Below are positions 1 through 9,123 of a DNA stretch of 58,878 bases, piece after piece. Each line of letters starts with the position of its first letter. Positions within the stretch are counted from its first letter, which is position 1. Below the pieces are notes generated by a model, which saw only the letters and a list, made by a program, of their open reading frames with translations, did no database searches and was not told the DNA's origin. Made by a program: the position numbers and the translations under genes. Source of the DNA: a virus (Duplodnaviria > Caudoviricetes); the IMG/VR virus record IMGVR_UViG_3300032242_000714, positions 1-58,878 of that record; one strand, written 5' to 3'.

Positions 1-18
1 AATCCAGCATATGTTAAG

Positions 19-465
19 ATGTATGAGACTTGGCGAGAAGAAGAAGCAAAAGAAATTATAGATCCAGAATGGCAAAAAGACAATATGGAATACGATCTAC
101 GTAGCACCAAATGGATCTGCGACAAAGTCAAGGCCAGTGAGAACTATGCTCAAAACTTGTATGCGGCCATGTGTAATATGCAGTTTCAAAAATTGGATGT
201 TATGCCAATCCTAAAAGATCAACGTTGGTCGTGCTCTTGGCGAAGTGCTGGTGGCATTGTTGCCGACATGCGTGAACAAGGTGATTATATCGACTGGTAC
301 TGTTCAGGTATTGGTAGTCAAGGACAAGGATATGGATTAGACAGCCGTACTCCAGATTTAGATCCCGATGGTAGAACTTATGTACCAGAAGGCGTAGTCA
401 CTGAAGAAATTAAAATGGATTTACAACAATTGGGCTGGGTGCCCGTAGAATGGGAAGAAGAATAA
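19..465 (+). CDS. Hypothetical phage protein (true start may lie upstream of the window)
   Basis: 148-aa ORF; its frame is open back to the window edge; its stop overlaps the next ATG. Confidence 0.7.
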   Translation: MYETWREEEAKEIIDPEWQKDNMEYDLRSTKWICDKVKASENYAQNLYAAMCNMQFQKLDVMPILKDQRWSCSWRSAGGIVADMREQGDYIDWYCSGIGSQGQGYGLDSRTPDLDPDGRTYVPEGVVTEEIKMDLQQLGWVPVEWEEE

Positions 466-704
466 TGGATATTGATAATGCCGCAGAAATTCTAGCAGGA
501 AGTATTTTAACCGGGTTGGCTCTTGTAGTTGCTATAATCACTATTGTGGCAATTAACAATATTTTACACAAATATTGGAAGCCTGTTCGTGTATTTACAG
601 ACGATAGTTTTTCACACTACACCACTCCAAAACGCTTCTTAAGCCAGGAAGAAGAAGCCAAAATTCCGCCTAAATTGGACAATTCTGGTAAAACCAGTAC
701 TTGA
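465..704 (+). CDS. Small single-pass membrane protein
   Basis: ATG at 465 coupled to the upstream TAA; hydrophobic stretch ILAGSILTGLALVVAIITIVAI. Confidence 0.65.
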   Translation: MDIDNAAEILAGSILTGLALVVAIITIVAINNILHKYWKPVRVFTDDSFSHYTTPKRFLSQEEEAKIPPKLDNSGKTST

Positions 705-729
705 CAAATCTCCAAAACTCCTGTATAAT
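701..729 (+). promoter_or_regulatory. sigma70-type early promoter
   Basis: Perfect TTGACA(701-706)-17 nt-TATAAT(724-729); AAGGAG SD precedes ATG 759. Confidence 0.85.
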
Positions 730-758
730 TAAAACTTATACAACACTAAGGAGCAGAT

Positions 759-1925
759 ATGGCTACAAAGCAATCTACACGTACTCGCAGTAAACAAGAC
801 CCAAGTCCAGATTGGACAGGCTATGAAGAATGGACTAGTCAATATTTTGGACAGTTCTTTCATCGTGCTATGGAATACTATCGTTTAGAATCCACAGGCA
901 AAGACCTAAAACCCAAGGTTATCAACTGGATGGCACTAAATGGCTACGATACCAAGACAGTTGCCGCTTTTAAGAAGACCAAAGATAATCGGTGTAATGG
1001 CACAATGGGCGGTGTTGCCGCTAATCTGCTTCGCGGAATGCCAGAGTCTTACGCAGGGTTTAATAATGGTGCTAATACCGCAGATTGGTTGCGTGAGGCA
1101 ATTGCTACTGTAATTGACGATGGTCGCAATGATGTTGAACCAGAGATAGCGGCAGTTAAAGAAAAAACTCCTGTCAACCCAATCACTAACATTCAGGATC
1201 GTATCCGCGAACAAGCAGGTGAGATGAGTGAGGAGTTGGACTATGCTATCGACAAATGGATTACAGATCCAGAGGCGTTCAATCTCAAAGAGTTCAAAGT
1301 CGTTAATCTGTTAAAAGGCAAGGGAGTCAAAGCCGCTCAAAGCCGACACATCAAACAAATCTTCAAACGCAATTATGAAGAATTGTTAGAGTTAGCCAGT
1401 GGCAATGCAGACGAACAGTTGCGTGAAGGCTACAAACATGTCAGTCGTAAAAATGTAAAGAAACTGATTGAATTTTATGAAAGCATTATGGCGGCTTGTG
1501 ATCAGATTGCCGCAGAAGCCAAAGTGCTCAAGAAGCCTCGTACTGCTAAGATCAAACCCGCAGAGGACTTGGTCAAGAAGCTCAAATTCTTGTTGTCAGA
1601 CACTAAGTTAGGAATTACGTCAGTGCCTCCCGCAGGTCTAATCGGTGCTCAAGGTGCTGTTGTTTATAATACCAAGACTCGTAAGATTGGCCTGTATGTT
1701 AGCAAGACATCAGCAGGACTTGGTGTTAAGGGTACAACAATTACAGAATTTACTGACAAGAGTTTCCAACGCACTTTGCGTAAACCTCTAGAACAACTCA
1801 AAGAGTTCAAAGAGCAGAATACACAGAAGCGTATTGAAACTTGGTTTAGTAAGATCAAGACAACAGAAACAGTCCTTAATGGACGTATGAATGAAGACAT
1901 TGTATTATTGAAAGTGTTTAAATGA
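759..1925 (+). CDS. Hypothetical early phage protein (388 aa, basic C-terminus)
   Basis: Long ORF with strong SD and consensus promoter; no recognisable motif. Confidence 0.8.
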   Translation: MATKQSTRTRSKQDPSPDWTGYEEWTSQYFGQFFHRAMEYYRLESTGKDLKPKVINWMALNGYDTKTVAAFKKTKDNRCNGTMGGVAANLLRGMPESYAGFNNGANTADWLREAIATVIDDGRNDVEPEIAAVKEKTPVNPITNIQDRIREQAGEMSEELDYAIDKWITDPEAFNLKEFKVVNLLKGKGVKAAQSRHIKQIFKRNYEELLELASGNADEQLREGYKHVSRKNVKKLIEFYESIMAACDQIAAEAKVLKKPRTAKIKPAEDLVKKLKFLLSDTKLGITSVPPAGLIGAQGAVVYNTKTRKIGLYVSKTSAGLGVKGTTITEFTDKSFQRTLRKPLEQLKEFKEQNTQKRIETWFSKIKTTETVLNGRMNEDIVLLKVFK

Positions 1926-2203
1926 TGGACTCAAAAACTAAAGAAGTAATGGACATCCTCCAAGAGGAATGTGCGGAAGTTATACAAGCAGTAAGCAAGA
2001 TCAGCCGCTTTGGCTTAGACAACTTCAAACCCGGTAAGCCAAAGACTAACCGAGAGCATCTTGAAGAAGAACTAGGCGACCTGTACGCAATGATCAATAT
2101 CCTACAAGAAATGGACATTGTGTCTTGGAGTGCCATTGAGAAGGCCAGTGATGCTAAAATTGAGAAGTTAAAAAAGTGGAGCACTATCTATGACCCTGCC
2201 TGA
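1922..2203 (+). CDS. MazG-like NTP pyrophosphohydrolase
   Basis: EECAEVIQA...EEELGDL motifs of the all-alpha NTP-PPase family. Confidence 0.75.
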   Translation: MMDSKTKEVMDILQEECAEVIQAVSKISRFGLDNFKPGKPKTNREHLEEELGDLYAMINILQEMDIVSWSAIEKASDAKIEKLKKWSTIYDPA

Positions 2204-2453
2204 TGAGAGATATCGTGCTGTAGCAATGACACGACGATTCTTAGAGTCAATTGTTGATCGGCGCAGTGGGCTAAGTGAAGACATGATAAATGAAGCACGT
2301 GGTTTATTAAGACATTACCCTACCGACTACGATCTCGATCAAGCAGGTGAAGCCGCTCCTATGATATTTCAAAAACGCATGGAGCCCTTGTACCGAATGG
2401 TTAAACAATACAAACAGGATAAAGAAAATGGCAACGATAATCAGACACGGTGA
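2190..2453 (+). CDS. Hypothetical protein (BPSL0761-like)
   Basis: MTLPDERYRAV...ARGLLRHYP pattern recalled from this small phage family. Confidence 0.55.
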   Translation: MTLPDERYRAVAMTRRFLESIVDRRSGLSEDMINEARGLLRHYPTDYDLDQAGEAAPMIFQKRMEPLYRMVKQYKQDKENGNDNQTR

Positions 2454-2667
2454 TACCTGTACAATTAAAATGTCTAAGAGTTCTAAGACTGTAGAGGCTG
2501 TTGTACATAACTTTGTTTTTGAAAAAACACTTGACGTAGTACTGAATAAGAGTGTAAAATTAAGTTTAAAGTGGAACGGTAGGATCTACGAAGGCCGAGG
2601 TGCCGGAATGGATGTAGAGAGTACTGGTCCAGAAATTTACAAAACACAAACTGGTATTAGAGGTTAA
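2428..2667 (+). CDS. Hypothetical protein
   Basis: 79-aa ORF in tightly packed operon. Confidence 0.65.
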   Translation: MATIIRHGDTCTIKMSKSSKTVEAVVHNFVFEKTLDVVLNKSVKLSLKWNGRIYEGRGAGMDVESTGPEIYKTQTGIRG

Positions 2668-2668
2668 A

Positions 2669-3100
2669 ATGAAAATTGGACTAAGTTTTAGCCGTTGTAT
2701 GTTAGATATCTACAAAGGCCTTGTTGATAGTCACGATGTATTGGTTATCATTGCTCGTACAGATTTTGATCCTCACAATGACGAACAGTGGAAAGACATC
2801 TGGGCCGGATACGGTGGTGGTGGTAGATTTGGACATGGAATGACCTACCCCGAGTGGATGGGTATTCCAGCAGAGGAAGAAGAACAGTTTAGACATATTG
2901 TATTAGAAATGTACGATGCAGGACTGATCCATCAACCACGTAAGTTTGGTGCTCATCCAAGACGTCGTTCAGAAATTTGGCTTGAGACTGTACTACCTAG
3001 TGAAGAACTAGAACACAACCAAGCCGCAAAGAAAGCCTGGGACAATTTCCAGACTATAGCAGGTTTAACTAATGTTAGTTTAGATAAGGAATACAAATGA
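2669..3100 (+). CDS. Hypothetical protein
   Basis: 143-aa ORF with GAGG SD. Confidence 0.7.
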   Translation: MKIGLSFSRCMLDIYKGLVDSHDVLVIIARTDFDPHNDEQWKDIWAGYGGGGRFGHGMTYPEWMGIPAEEEEQFRHIVLEMYDAGLIHQPRKFGAHPRRRSEIWLETVLPSEELEHNQAAKKAWDNFQTIAGLTNVSLDKEYK

Positions 3101-3639
3101 TCACAATGAAAGAATTTATGGAGTTAATAGACTACCGTATTACTGAAGGTAGTGAATATACTTGGAGTTGCTACGGCGATAATGCTTATCAACTGTCAAG
3201 TTGGAACGGCATCCACGGTAAAGGTGGATGGAGTTTAAACATTGTGTTTAGCACAAAGAGTCAAAAGGTCTATCAAGTAGAAGTGTGTGATTACACCAAT
3301 GACCGTGCTTATCGCATGATCCATCCAGACAAAATTGAGAAGTTTGAGAAAGAAGCAAAGAATCGAGATTCCGATCCCTATGAAGCCTGGGATAATATTA
3401 ACTTTATAGATTTAGGAGTCGATGATGATTTCATTCAAAAGGCACTGGCTATTGTAGCAGGTGAAGAATATGACACAGGTGTTATGGTCGAATTAGATTT
3501 GCCAGATGATCTTTTACTAAAAGCCGCACTGAATGCACATAAACAGAACATCACACTTAACGACTACATCAATCAAGCATTAGCAAGTATGGTTGAAGTC
3601 TATAAAGCAGAAGGTCGATATAAAGGTATAGATATATGA
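3097..3639 (+). CDS. Hypothetical protein with C-terminal HicB-like ribbon-helix-helix DNA-binding domain
   Basis: C-terminal LDLPDDLLLKAALNAHKQNITLNDYINQAL fits an RHH pattern. Confidence 0.55.
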   Translation: MITMKEFMELIDYRITEGSEYTWSCYGDNAYQLSSWNGIHGKGGWSLNIVFSTKSQKVYQVEVCDYTNDRAYRMIHPDKIEKFEKEAKNRDSDPYEAWDNINFIDLGVDDDFIQKALAIVAGEEYDTGVMVELDLPDDLLLKAALNAHKQNITLNDYINQALASMVEVYKAEGRYKGIDI

Positions 3640-4088
3640 AACAAGAGAATGACGAATACCTATGTAAGGTATTCCCTAAGATGACAGCCAACCGCAATCT
3701 GCCGATGACCGAAACTGCTATGTGTTGGGGATTTGAATGTGGCGATGGTTGGTTCCCGCTTATAAATCAATTGATGAGCAATATCCAACATCACCTTGAT
3801 TGGAAAAATAAAGATAGCGAAGTTGTTCCACAAGTAACGCTGGACCAAGTTAAAGAAAAGTTTGGCACACTAAGATTTTATTACACAGGCGGCGATGACT
3901 ATATTAGAGGGATGGTTGCAATGGCAGAAGCAATGTCAGGGATCCTTTGTGAGAAGTGTGGGAAACCTGCTACTACCAATTGGCCTACACTCCCCAAAGG
4001 AGGATGGGTCAGAACTTTATGTGTAGAACACGGTGGTGAAGATTACAGTATGTCAGAAGAAGAATTTTTAGAAAAGGAAAAAGAATGA
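3636..4088 (+). CDS. Conserved phage hypothetical protein with CxxC
   Basis: ECGDGW...[12 protein letters not shown]...CEKCG...RTLC, a common phage family. Confidence 0.65.
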   Translation: MKQENDEYLCKVFPKMTANRNLPMTETAMCWGFECGDGWFPLINQLMSNIQHHLDWKNKDSEVVPQVTLDQVKEKFGTLRFYYTGGDDYIRGMVAMAEAMSGILCEKCGKPATTNWPTLPKGGWVRTLCVEHGGEDYSMSEEEFLEKEKE

Positions 4089-4675
4089 GTTTAATTCCAA
4101 TGGTCATTGAAAAGACCAGTACAGGTGAGCGAGCATTTGACATTTATAGCCGTTTGTTAAACGAGCGTATTGTATTTTTGAACGGACCAGTTGATGATCA
4201 CTCAGCCAATGTGATTGTAGCACAGTTCCTGCATCTTGAAAGTTCGGATAGTGAAAAGGATATTCACTTTTATATCAATTCACCCGGTGGGGTTGTCACA
4301 GCAGGTATGAGCATTTATGACACAATGCAGTTCATCAAACCCGATGTTTGTACCTATGTCATGGGTCAAGCCTGTTCTATGGGTTCATTGTTGGCCCAGG
4401 CAGGATCTCCCGGCAAACGCTACATGTTGCCTAATGCTCGACATATGATTCATCAACCATCAGGCGGTGCTGGCGGGCAGGCCACAGACATGGAAATCCA
4501 AGTTAAAGAAATCCTAAAGATGAAAGAAATCCTAACTAATATCTATGTTAAGCACAATTCTGCAGGAAAAACATTTGCTCAACTGTCTTTTGACATGGAA
4601 AGAGATAAATTTATGAGTGCCACAGAAGCATTAGACTATGGACTTATAGATGAAATTGTTGAAAAGCGTACTTAA
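4085..4675 (+). CDS. clpP: ATP-dependent Clp protease proteolytic subunit
   Basis: [25 protein letters not shown], catalytic ACSMGS, MIHQP, ERD motifs. Confidence 0.97.
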   Translation: MSLIPMVIEKTSTGERAFDIYSRLLNERIVFLNGPVDDHSANVIVAQFLHLESSDSEKDIHFYINSPGGVVTAGMSIYDTMQFIKPDVCTYVMGQACSMGSLLAQAGSPGKRYMLPNARHMIHQPSGGAGGQATDMEIQVKEILKMKEILTNIYVKHNSAGKTFAQLSFDMERDKFMSATEALDYGLIDEIVEKRT

Positions 4676-5468
4676 TGTATTACTGATTGTTTGCGTATTC
4701 TCAGGAGCGGCTTGGGCCAAAAAAGCCCCTGCTCCTCATATTCTTGCCACCAGTTATGCAGTAATGGATCTTGAAACTGGAGAAATGCTCAAAGAGCAGA
4801 ACTCTACCGAGGTCCGTAGTATAGCCAGCATCACCAAGATGATGACTGCTATCATTACTCTTGATGCTCATTTAGATATGGATGAGTTAATTCGAGTAGA
4901 AGCAGTTAGAGGCATCAGTACCCACCTACATATCGGACAATTAATTAGCAGAAGCGATCTTTTACATATTGCCCTAATGAGCTCTGATAACCTAGCGGCG
5001 AAAACCCTGGCAATGACTTACCCAGGAGGAGAATATACGTTTATTCGCCGCATGAATGACAAAGCATACAGTCTAGGTATGACTAATACAACATTCACAG
5101 ACCCCACCGGACTTGAAGAAACTAATGTTAGTACAGCACAAGATTTAATTAAAATGTTAATTGTTGCTGGTACATATGATACTATTCGAATTTATAGTAC
5201 TAGCGAATCGGCACAGATCGCCGTTCCTACAAAGAAAAAAGTTCAAATGGTACGATTTGGAACTACTAATACTCTTGTAAAAAAGTACAAAGATATCATA
5301 GTCAGTAAAACTGGCTGGATACAAAAAGCAGGAGGATGCTTAATTATGCTAGTTGAAGATCCTTCTAGCAAGCGAGCAATTGTTGTACTAAATAGTAGAA
5401 ACACCCACACCAGGTTGGTGGACGGGGATCTACTACACGGAATATACAACAATGGTAAAAGTTTTTGA
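4650..5468 (+). CDS. D-alanyl-D-alanine endopeptidase/carboxypeptidase (peptidase S11, PBP7/PbpG-like)
   Basis: Signal peptide; SxxK (ASITK), SxN (SSDN), DPTGL and KTG motifs. Confidence 0.9.
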   Translation: MKLLKSVLNVLLIVCVFSGAAWAKKAPAPHILATSYAVMDLETGEMLKEQNSTEVRSIASITKMMTAIITLDAHLDMDELIRVEAVRGISTHLHIGQLISRSDLLHIALMSSDNLAAKTLAMTYPGGEYTFIRRMNDKAYSLGMTNTTFTDPTGLEETNVSTAQDLIKMLIVAGTYDTIRIYSTSESAQIAVPTKKKVQMVRFGTTNTLVKKYKDIIVSKTGWIQKAGGCLIMLVEDPSSKRAIVVLNSRNTHTRLVDGDLLHGIYNNGKSF

Positions 5469-6531
5469 TGGTCAAACACTTGACAATATAACACGAGATA
5501 GTCTACAACTAAACCCCGGAGACTTTTCCGGCGACCTAATAGCAGGTGGTACAATTGCCAATTTTGGTAGTACCGGTATTAAAGACCTTGCTACAAAACA
5601 AACACTGGTAGTAGAAGATGGTAAAATTACCGTTGATTCTATAACAGTTTCTACTATTAACAGTAATTTTACTGTACGTGGGGATGTTAAAGTCTACGGT
5701 GTTCTAGATGCAGGATTTGTTCGCACCACAGAACTTATCACAAATCAACGATACGAAAAACAATATTTAGAGTTTGGACCTGGAGAAAAAGGCACAAATG
5801 TAGGCACAGGGTTAATGTGGCCAAACGATCCATACAATAAACAATTTGTATTGATGAACAATCCAGATCGATTCCTTAGTACAGAAAGTTTAGAATTAAT
5901 AGAAAATCGTAATTACATAATTAATGGTAATTGGGTACTTGGTGAAACTTCTCTAGGTCCTACAGTTGTAAACAGTAATTTAACATCAGTAGGCACATTA
6001 CACGGTTTGTCTACCTCAGGTGATCTAAATATAGATGATCAAATTTTTTACAATAGTACCTCAAAGAGATTCAGTATTGGTGTAGAAGATGCAAGTGCCA
6101 TTTTTACTGTTCAAGACGAAAAAAATAACATCGAAATCATTATTGACGGTTCTGGCAATGGTGCCAGAATTGGACCAAGAAATACAAAAAATCTAGAACT
6201 GATCACAGACGATCAAGCACGTATTACAATTGGACTAAATGGAGATATTACATTTGGACATGAGTACAAAGATTCAACTGTAACTCGAGCATACGGAAAA
6301 CTTTCTGTAGGTGTTAAGAACCCTAAAGAACAGTTTGAAGTAATGGGCAACATACGTTTTGCTAATAAATTAATGGCCACAGGAACTGAGCCTCCAACAG
6401 AAGGTTCCTATAATACTGGTGATATAGTTTGGCATGCTACTCCTATCCCCGGAGGTAATATTGGTTGGATCTGTATACAAGGCGGTAGTCCTGGTCAGTG
6501 GGTACGCTGGGGATCAATCGACTACTCATAA
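5452..6531 (+). CDS. Probable virion structural/fibre-associated protein
   Basis: Beta-rich G/T/N composition; C-terminal PPTEGSYNTGDIVW...GWICIQGGSPGQW module typical of fibre/spike ends. Confidence 0.55.
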   Translation: MVKVFDGQTLDNITRDSLQLNPGDFSGDLIAGGTIANFGSTGIKDLATKQTLVVEDGKITVDSITVSTINSNFTVRGDVKVYGVLDAGFVRTTELITNQRYEKQYLEFGPGEKGTNVGTGLMWPNDPYNKQFVLMNNPDRFLSTESLELIENRNYIINGNWVLGETSLGPTVVNSNLTSVGTLHGLSTSGDLNIDDQIFYNSTSKRFSIGVEDASAIFTVQDEKNNIEIIIDGSGNGARIGPRNTKNLELITDDQARITIGLNGDITFGHEYKDSTVTRAYGKLSVGVKNPKEQFEVMGNIRFANKLMATGTEPPTEGSYNTGDIVWHATPIPGGNIGWICIQGGSPGQWVRWGSIDYS

Positions 6532-6599
6532 TCTGCGTAGAAATAATGTGTCTAATCCTGAGTAAATATTCTACTTAGGGCATCATCAAGGAAAACATT

Positions 6600-6779
6600 A
6601 TGGAAACAATAATTCTTATTTTAGGCGCATTAGGCATTCTTCTAGCATTTGTTTGGTGGGTATGGACTATGAATACCATCAACAAAGTAATCGAACATCG
6701 TGTTGAAGAACAACATCTTATACGAAGTATCTTAGAAGATATCCGAGAATTGAAGAAACTTTTTAGAGAAATCCGTTGA
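6600..6779 (+). CDS. Small membrane protein (59 aa), missing from ORF track
   Basis: Hand translation METIILILGALGILLAFVWWVWTMNTINK...FREIR*; AAGGA SD; TAAATA at 6563. Confidence 0.65.
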   Translation: METIILILGALGILLAFVWWVWTMNTINKVIEHRVEEQHLIRSILEDIRELKKLFREIR

Positions 6780-6804
6780 CAGTTAAATACTAATCTGTTA
6801 TATT
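6776..6804 (+). promoter_or_regulatory. sigma70-type promoter for queD operon, with nested TAAATA at 6784-6789
   Basis: TTGACA(6776-6781)-17 nt-TATATT(6799-6804). Confidence 0.75.
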
Positions 6805-6810
6805 AACAGT

Positions 6811-6890
6811 TAGCGGTCTTTAACGACTTTCAACCCGCTTTATAAATTCTGCATGTCGTCAAACTTGCTACTTTTTAAAAGGAGACTAGA
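6811..6890 (+). ncRNA. Candidate cis-regulatory RNA: preQ1-I-like pseudoknot leader of queD
   Basis: P1 AGCGG(6812-16)/CCGCT(6835-39); A-rich TATAAA after P1; loop ACGAC(6823-27) complementary to GTCGT(6855-59); starts at the predicted TSS. Confidence 0.5.
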
Positions 6891-6891
6891 G

Positions 6892-7341
6892 ATGGCAAAA
6901 TTTTTCTCAACAAAACATTACGGACACAACATTGGTCTGTCAGCGGTATTCCGTCAACCAAACGCAGATCACAGTCACTGTCACCTGCTACATGGTTATA
7001 GCCTAGCATTTACATTTACATTTGGTTGTGACACACTAGACAACAAGAACTGGGCAGTGGACTTTGGCGGACTTAAGACACTCAAAGCATGGCTAGAAGA
7101 TCATTTTGATCACAAGTTGGCTCTGGATCTTGCTGATCCACACCTGGCTAAATTTCAAGAATTAGAAGCATTAGGTCTAGCAGAGATTAGAATCTTTGAT
7201 GGAGTGGGTGCAGAGAAGTTTGCCGAACACGCTTTCAATTTTGCCAACACACTGATACGTGAAAAGACCAATAATCGTTGTTACTGTGTACGAGTTGAAT
7301 GTGCAGAACATGGCGCTAATTCAGCAACATACGAAGGATAA
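6892..7341 (+). CDS. queD: 6-carboxy-5,6,7,8-tetrahydropterin synthase (QueD/PTPS family)
   Basis: CHLLHGY, VDFGGLK, FDH, GAEKFA and E.H..N.A motifs; AGGAG SD before ATG 6892. Confidence 0.85.
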   Translation: MAKFFSTKHYGHNIGLSAVFRQPNADHSHCHLLHGYSLAFTFTFGCDTLDNKNWAVDFGGLKTLKAWLEDHFDHKLALDLADPHLAKFQELEALGLAEIRIFDGVGAEKFAEHAFNFANTLIREKTNNRCYCVRVECAEHGANSATYEG

Positions 7342-7343
7342 TA

Positions 7344-7685
7344 ATGAAAAAATATAGTACAATGGATATAGGTGGTGAGGTTGTAAAAGACAACGAAACC
7401 TATCTATTAAAAGACAATAAAACTTTAAAGAATTTAGTATTAAGTAGCACTCAACTAAGAGTTGGACAGCAGACACGAGGACATCGTCATCCCGGACAAG
7501 AAGAAGTTTATATCTTTGTACAAGGGCATGGACAGATGATTGTAGGAGATGAAACAGATGAACCATTCTTTGTCACTGCCGGAGATATTATTTTAATTCC
7601 GGACGGGGCATTTCATCGTGTAATCAATGATGGCGAAATGAATCTTTTATTCAATTGTGTATTCGATGGGAAGCGCAATCATTAA
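7344..7685 (+). CDS. Cupin-domain protein
   Basis: H.H..QEEVYIF..G.G and GD.I.IP.G.FH cupin motifs. Confidence 0.85.
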   Translation: MKKYSTMDIGGEVVKDNETYLLKDNKTLKNLVLSSTQLRVGQQTRGHRHPGQEEVYIFVQGHGQMIVGDETDEPFFVTAGDIILIPDGAFHRVINDGEMNLLFNCVFDGKRNH

Positions 7686-7845
7686 ACGCTTCTGGCGTAT
7701 TTGGGCAAAAGCATTAGGGGAAAAATCAGGCAATACGGATAAGGAATCGGACCGTATTGCTTGTATTCGCACCGTAATTGTGCTATCATATATTATAACA
7801 AATTGCTTTATCATAGCAGGTGTAATCAGGCATTGGAACCAATAA
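7666..7845 (+). CDS. Small phage membrane protein
   Basis: WRIWAKALG...[12 protein letters not shown] with one TM segment; stop overlaps next ATG. Confidence 0.6.
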   Translation: MGSAIIKRFWRIWAKALGEKSGNTDKESDRIACIRTVIVLSYIITNCFIIAGVIRHWNQ

Positions 7846-8780
7846 TGAAAAAAATATTAGTAACCGGCGGTGCCGGATTTCTTGGATCACATTTATGTGA
7901 AAGATTAGTTAACGAAGGGCATCATGTTCTTTGTGTAGACAATTATTTTACAGGTAGTAAAAAGAATATTGAACATTTACTTGACCATAAGAACTTCGAA
8001 GTTTTACGTCAAGATGTCTGCTTTCCCCTATACGTAGAAGTTGATGAAATTTACAATCTTGCCTGTCCAGCAAGTCCGTTCTATTATCAATGGGATCCAA
8101 TTCAAACAATGAAAACTTCTGTGTTAGGAAGTTATAATTTGTTAGGATTGGCAAAACGTACAGGTGCTAAGATCTTACAAGCATCAACTAGCGAAGTATA
8201 TGGTGATCCTCAAGTTCATCCACAAACTGAAGACTATTGGGGCAATGTAAACCCAATCGGTATTCGTAGTTGTTACGATGAAGGCAAAAGAGCCGCAGAA
8301 ACTCTGTTTATGGATTACTGGCGTGTTCACTCTGTTAGAGCCAAGATTGTGCGTATCTTCAATACATATGGTCCCAGAATGGCAGAAGGAGATGGCCGTG
8401 TAGTTTCAAACTTTGTAGTACAAGCACTACAAGGCAAGCCAATTACCGTTTACGGATCAGGCGAGCAGACTCGTTCATTCTGTTATGTTGACGATCTTGT
8501 AGACGGGTTAATCAAGTTTATGGCTGACGATGATGACGAGTTTATTGGTCCGGTCAATATGGGCAATCCCGGGGAGTTTACTATGAACGAACTTGCCCAA
8601 AAAGTAATCGAGTTAACAGGTAGTCAGAGTATCCTCCTACAACAACCTTTACCAAAAGACGACCCACAACAAAGGCGTCCAGATATCAGTTTGGCCAAAT
8701 CAAGACTTGGTTGGGAACCTAGTATTGATTTAACAACAGGTCTACAAAAAACAATTGACTTTTTTCGTAAAACAATGTAA
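7845..8780 (+). CDS. UDP-glucuronate decarboxylase (UDP-xylose synthase), extended SDR
   Basis: [50 protein letters not shown]; real start ATG 7845. Confidence 0.92.
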   Translation: MKKILVTGGAGFLGSHLCERLVNEGHHVLCVDNYFTGSKKNIEHLLDHKNFEVLRQDVCFPLYVEVDEIYNLACPASPFYYQWDPIQTMKTSVLGSYNLLGLAKRTGAKILQASTSEVYGDPQVHPQTEDYWGNVNPIGIRSCYDEGKRAAETLFMDYWRVHSVRAKIVRIFNTYGPRMAEGDGRVVSNFVVQALQGKPITVYGSGEQTRSFCYVDDLVDGLIKFMADDDDEFIGPVNMGNPGEFTMNELAQKVIELTGSQSILLQQPLPKDDPQQRRPDISLAKSRLGWEPSIDLTTGLQKTIDFFRKTM

Positions 8781-8783
8781 AAT
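8755..8783 (+). promoter_or_regulatory. sigma70-type promoter
   Basis: TTGACT-17 nt-TAAAAT; ATG 8790 lies about at +1. Confidence 0.7.
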
Positions 8784-8789
8784 AGTATT

Positions 8790-8972
8790 ATGACAAAGAA
8801 ACTCTGGACAATCATACCCGAAGAAGATCCCCAAACAGGCGACCTTGTCATTACCTTTCCGCCAGAAGCACTTGAAGAAGTAGGCTGGAAAGAAGGCGAT
8901 ATTTTAACATGGACCATGAAAACAAATGGATCAATAATTCTTAGCAAGAAAGAAAACGATGAATCAATTTAA
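8790..8972 (+). CDS. AbrB/MazE-like small DNA-binding protein
   Basis: GDLVITFPPEALEEVGWKEGDILTW swapped-hairpin pattern. Confidence 0.65.
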   Translation: MTKKLWTIIPEEDPQTGDLVITFPPEALEEVGWKEGDILTWTMKTNGSIILSKKENDESI

Positions 8973-9123
8973 TTACACATTTCCAGTTCCTATGCCTCAA
9001 GGTGCTTTTCAAGCATGGGCTAATCATTATCAAGCAATGAGAGACGAACTTGTTGAGCAGTGGGTTGAAACTAGCGATTACGCAGATGCCCTTTCCGTAA
9101 TCGAAAAAATTAAAAATCTATGA
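8959..9123 (+). CDS. Small hypothetical protein (54 aa), missing from ORF track
   Basis: MNQFNYTFPVPMPQGAFQAW...EKIKNL* fills the gap and overlaps the uvsE start (ATGA). Confidence 0.5.
   Translation: MNQFNYTFPVPMPQGAFQAWANHYQAMRDELVEQWVETSDYADALSVIEKIKNL

Noticed and set aside
6853-6891. Upstream-extended starts given by the ORF track (e.g. queD 6853, 7761, 32765, 37247, 51606, 54585)
   Set aside because: Downstream ATGs have better SD/coupling and match family N-termini; the extensions overlap regulatory leaders or upstream genes
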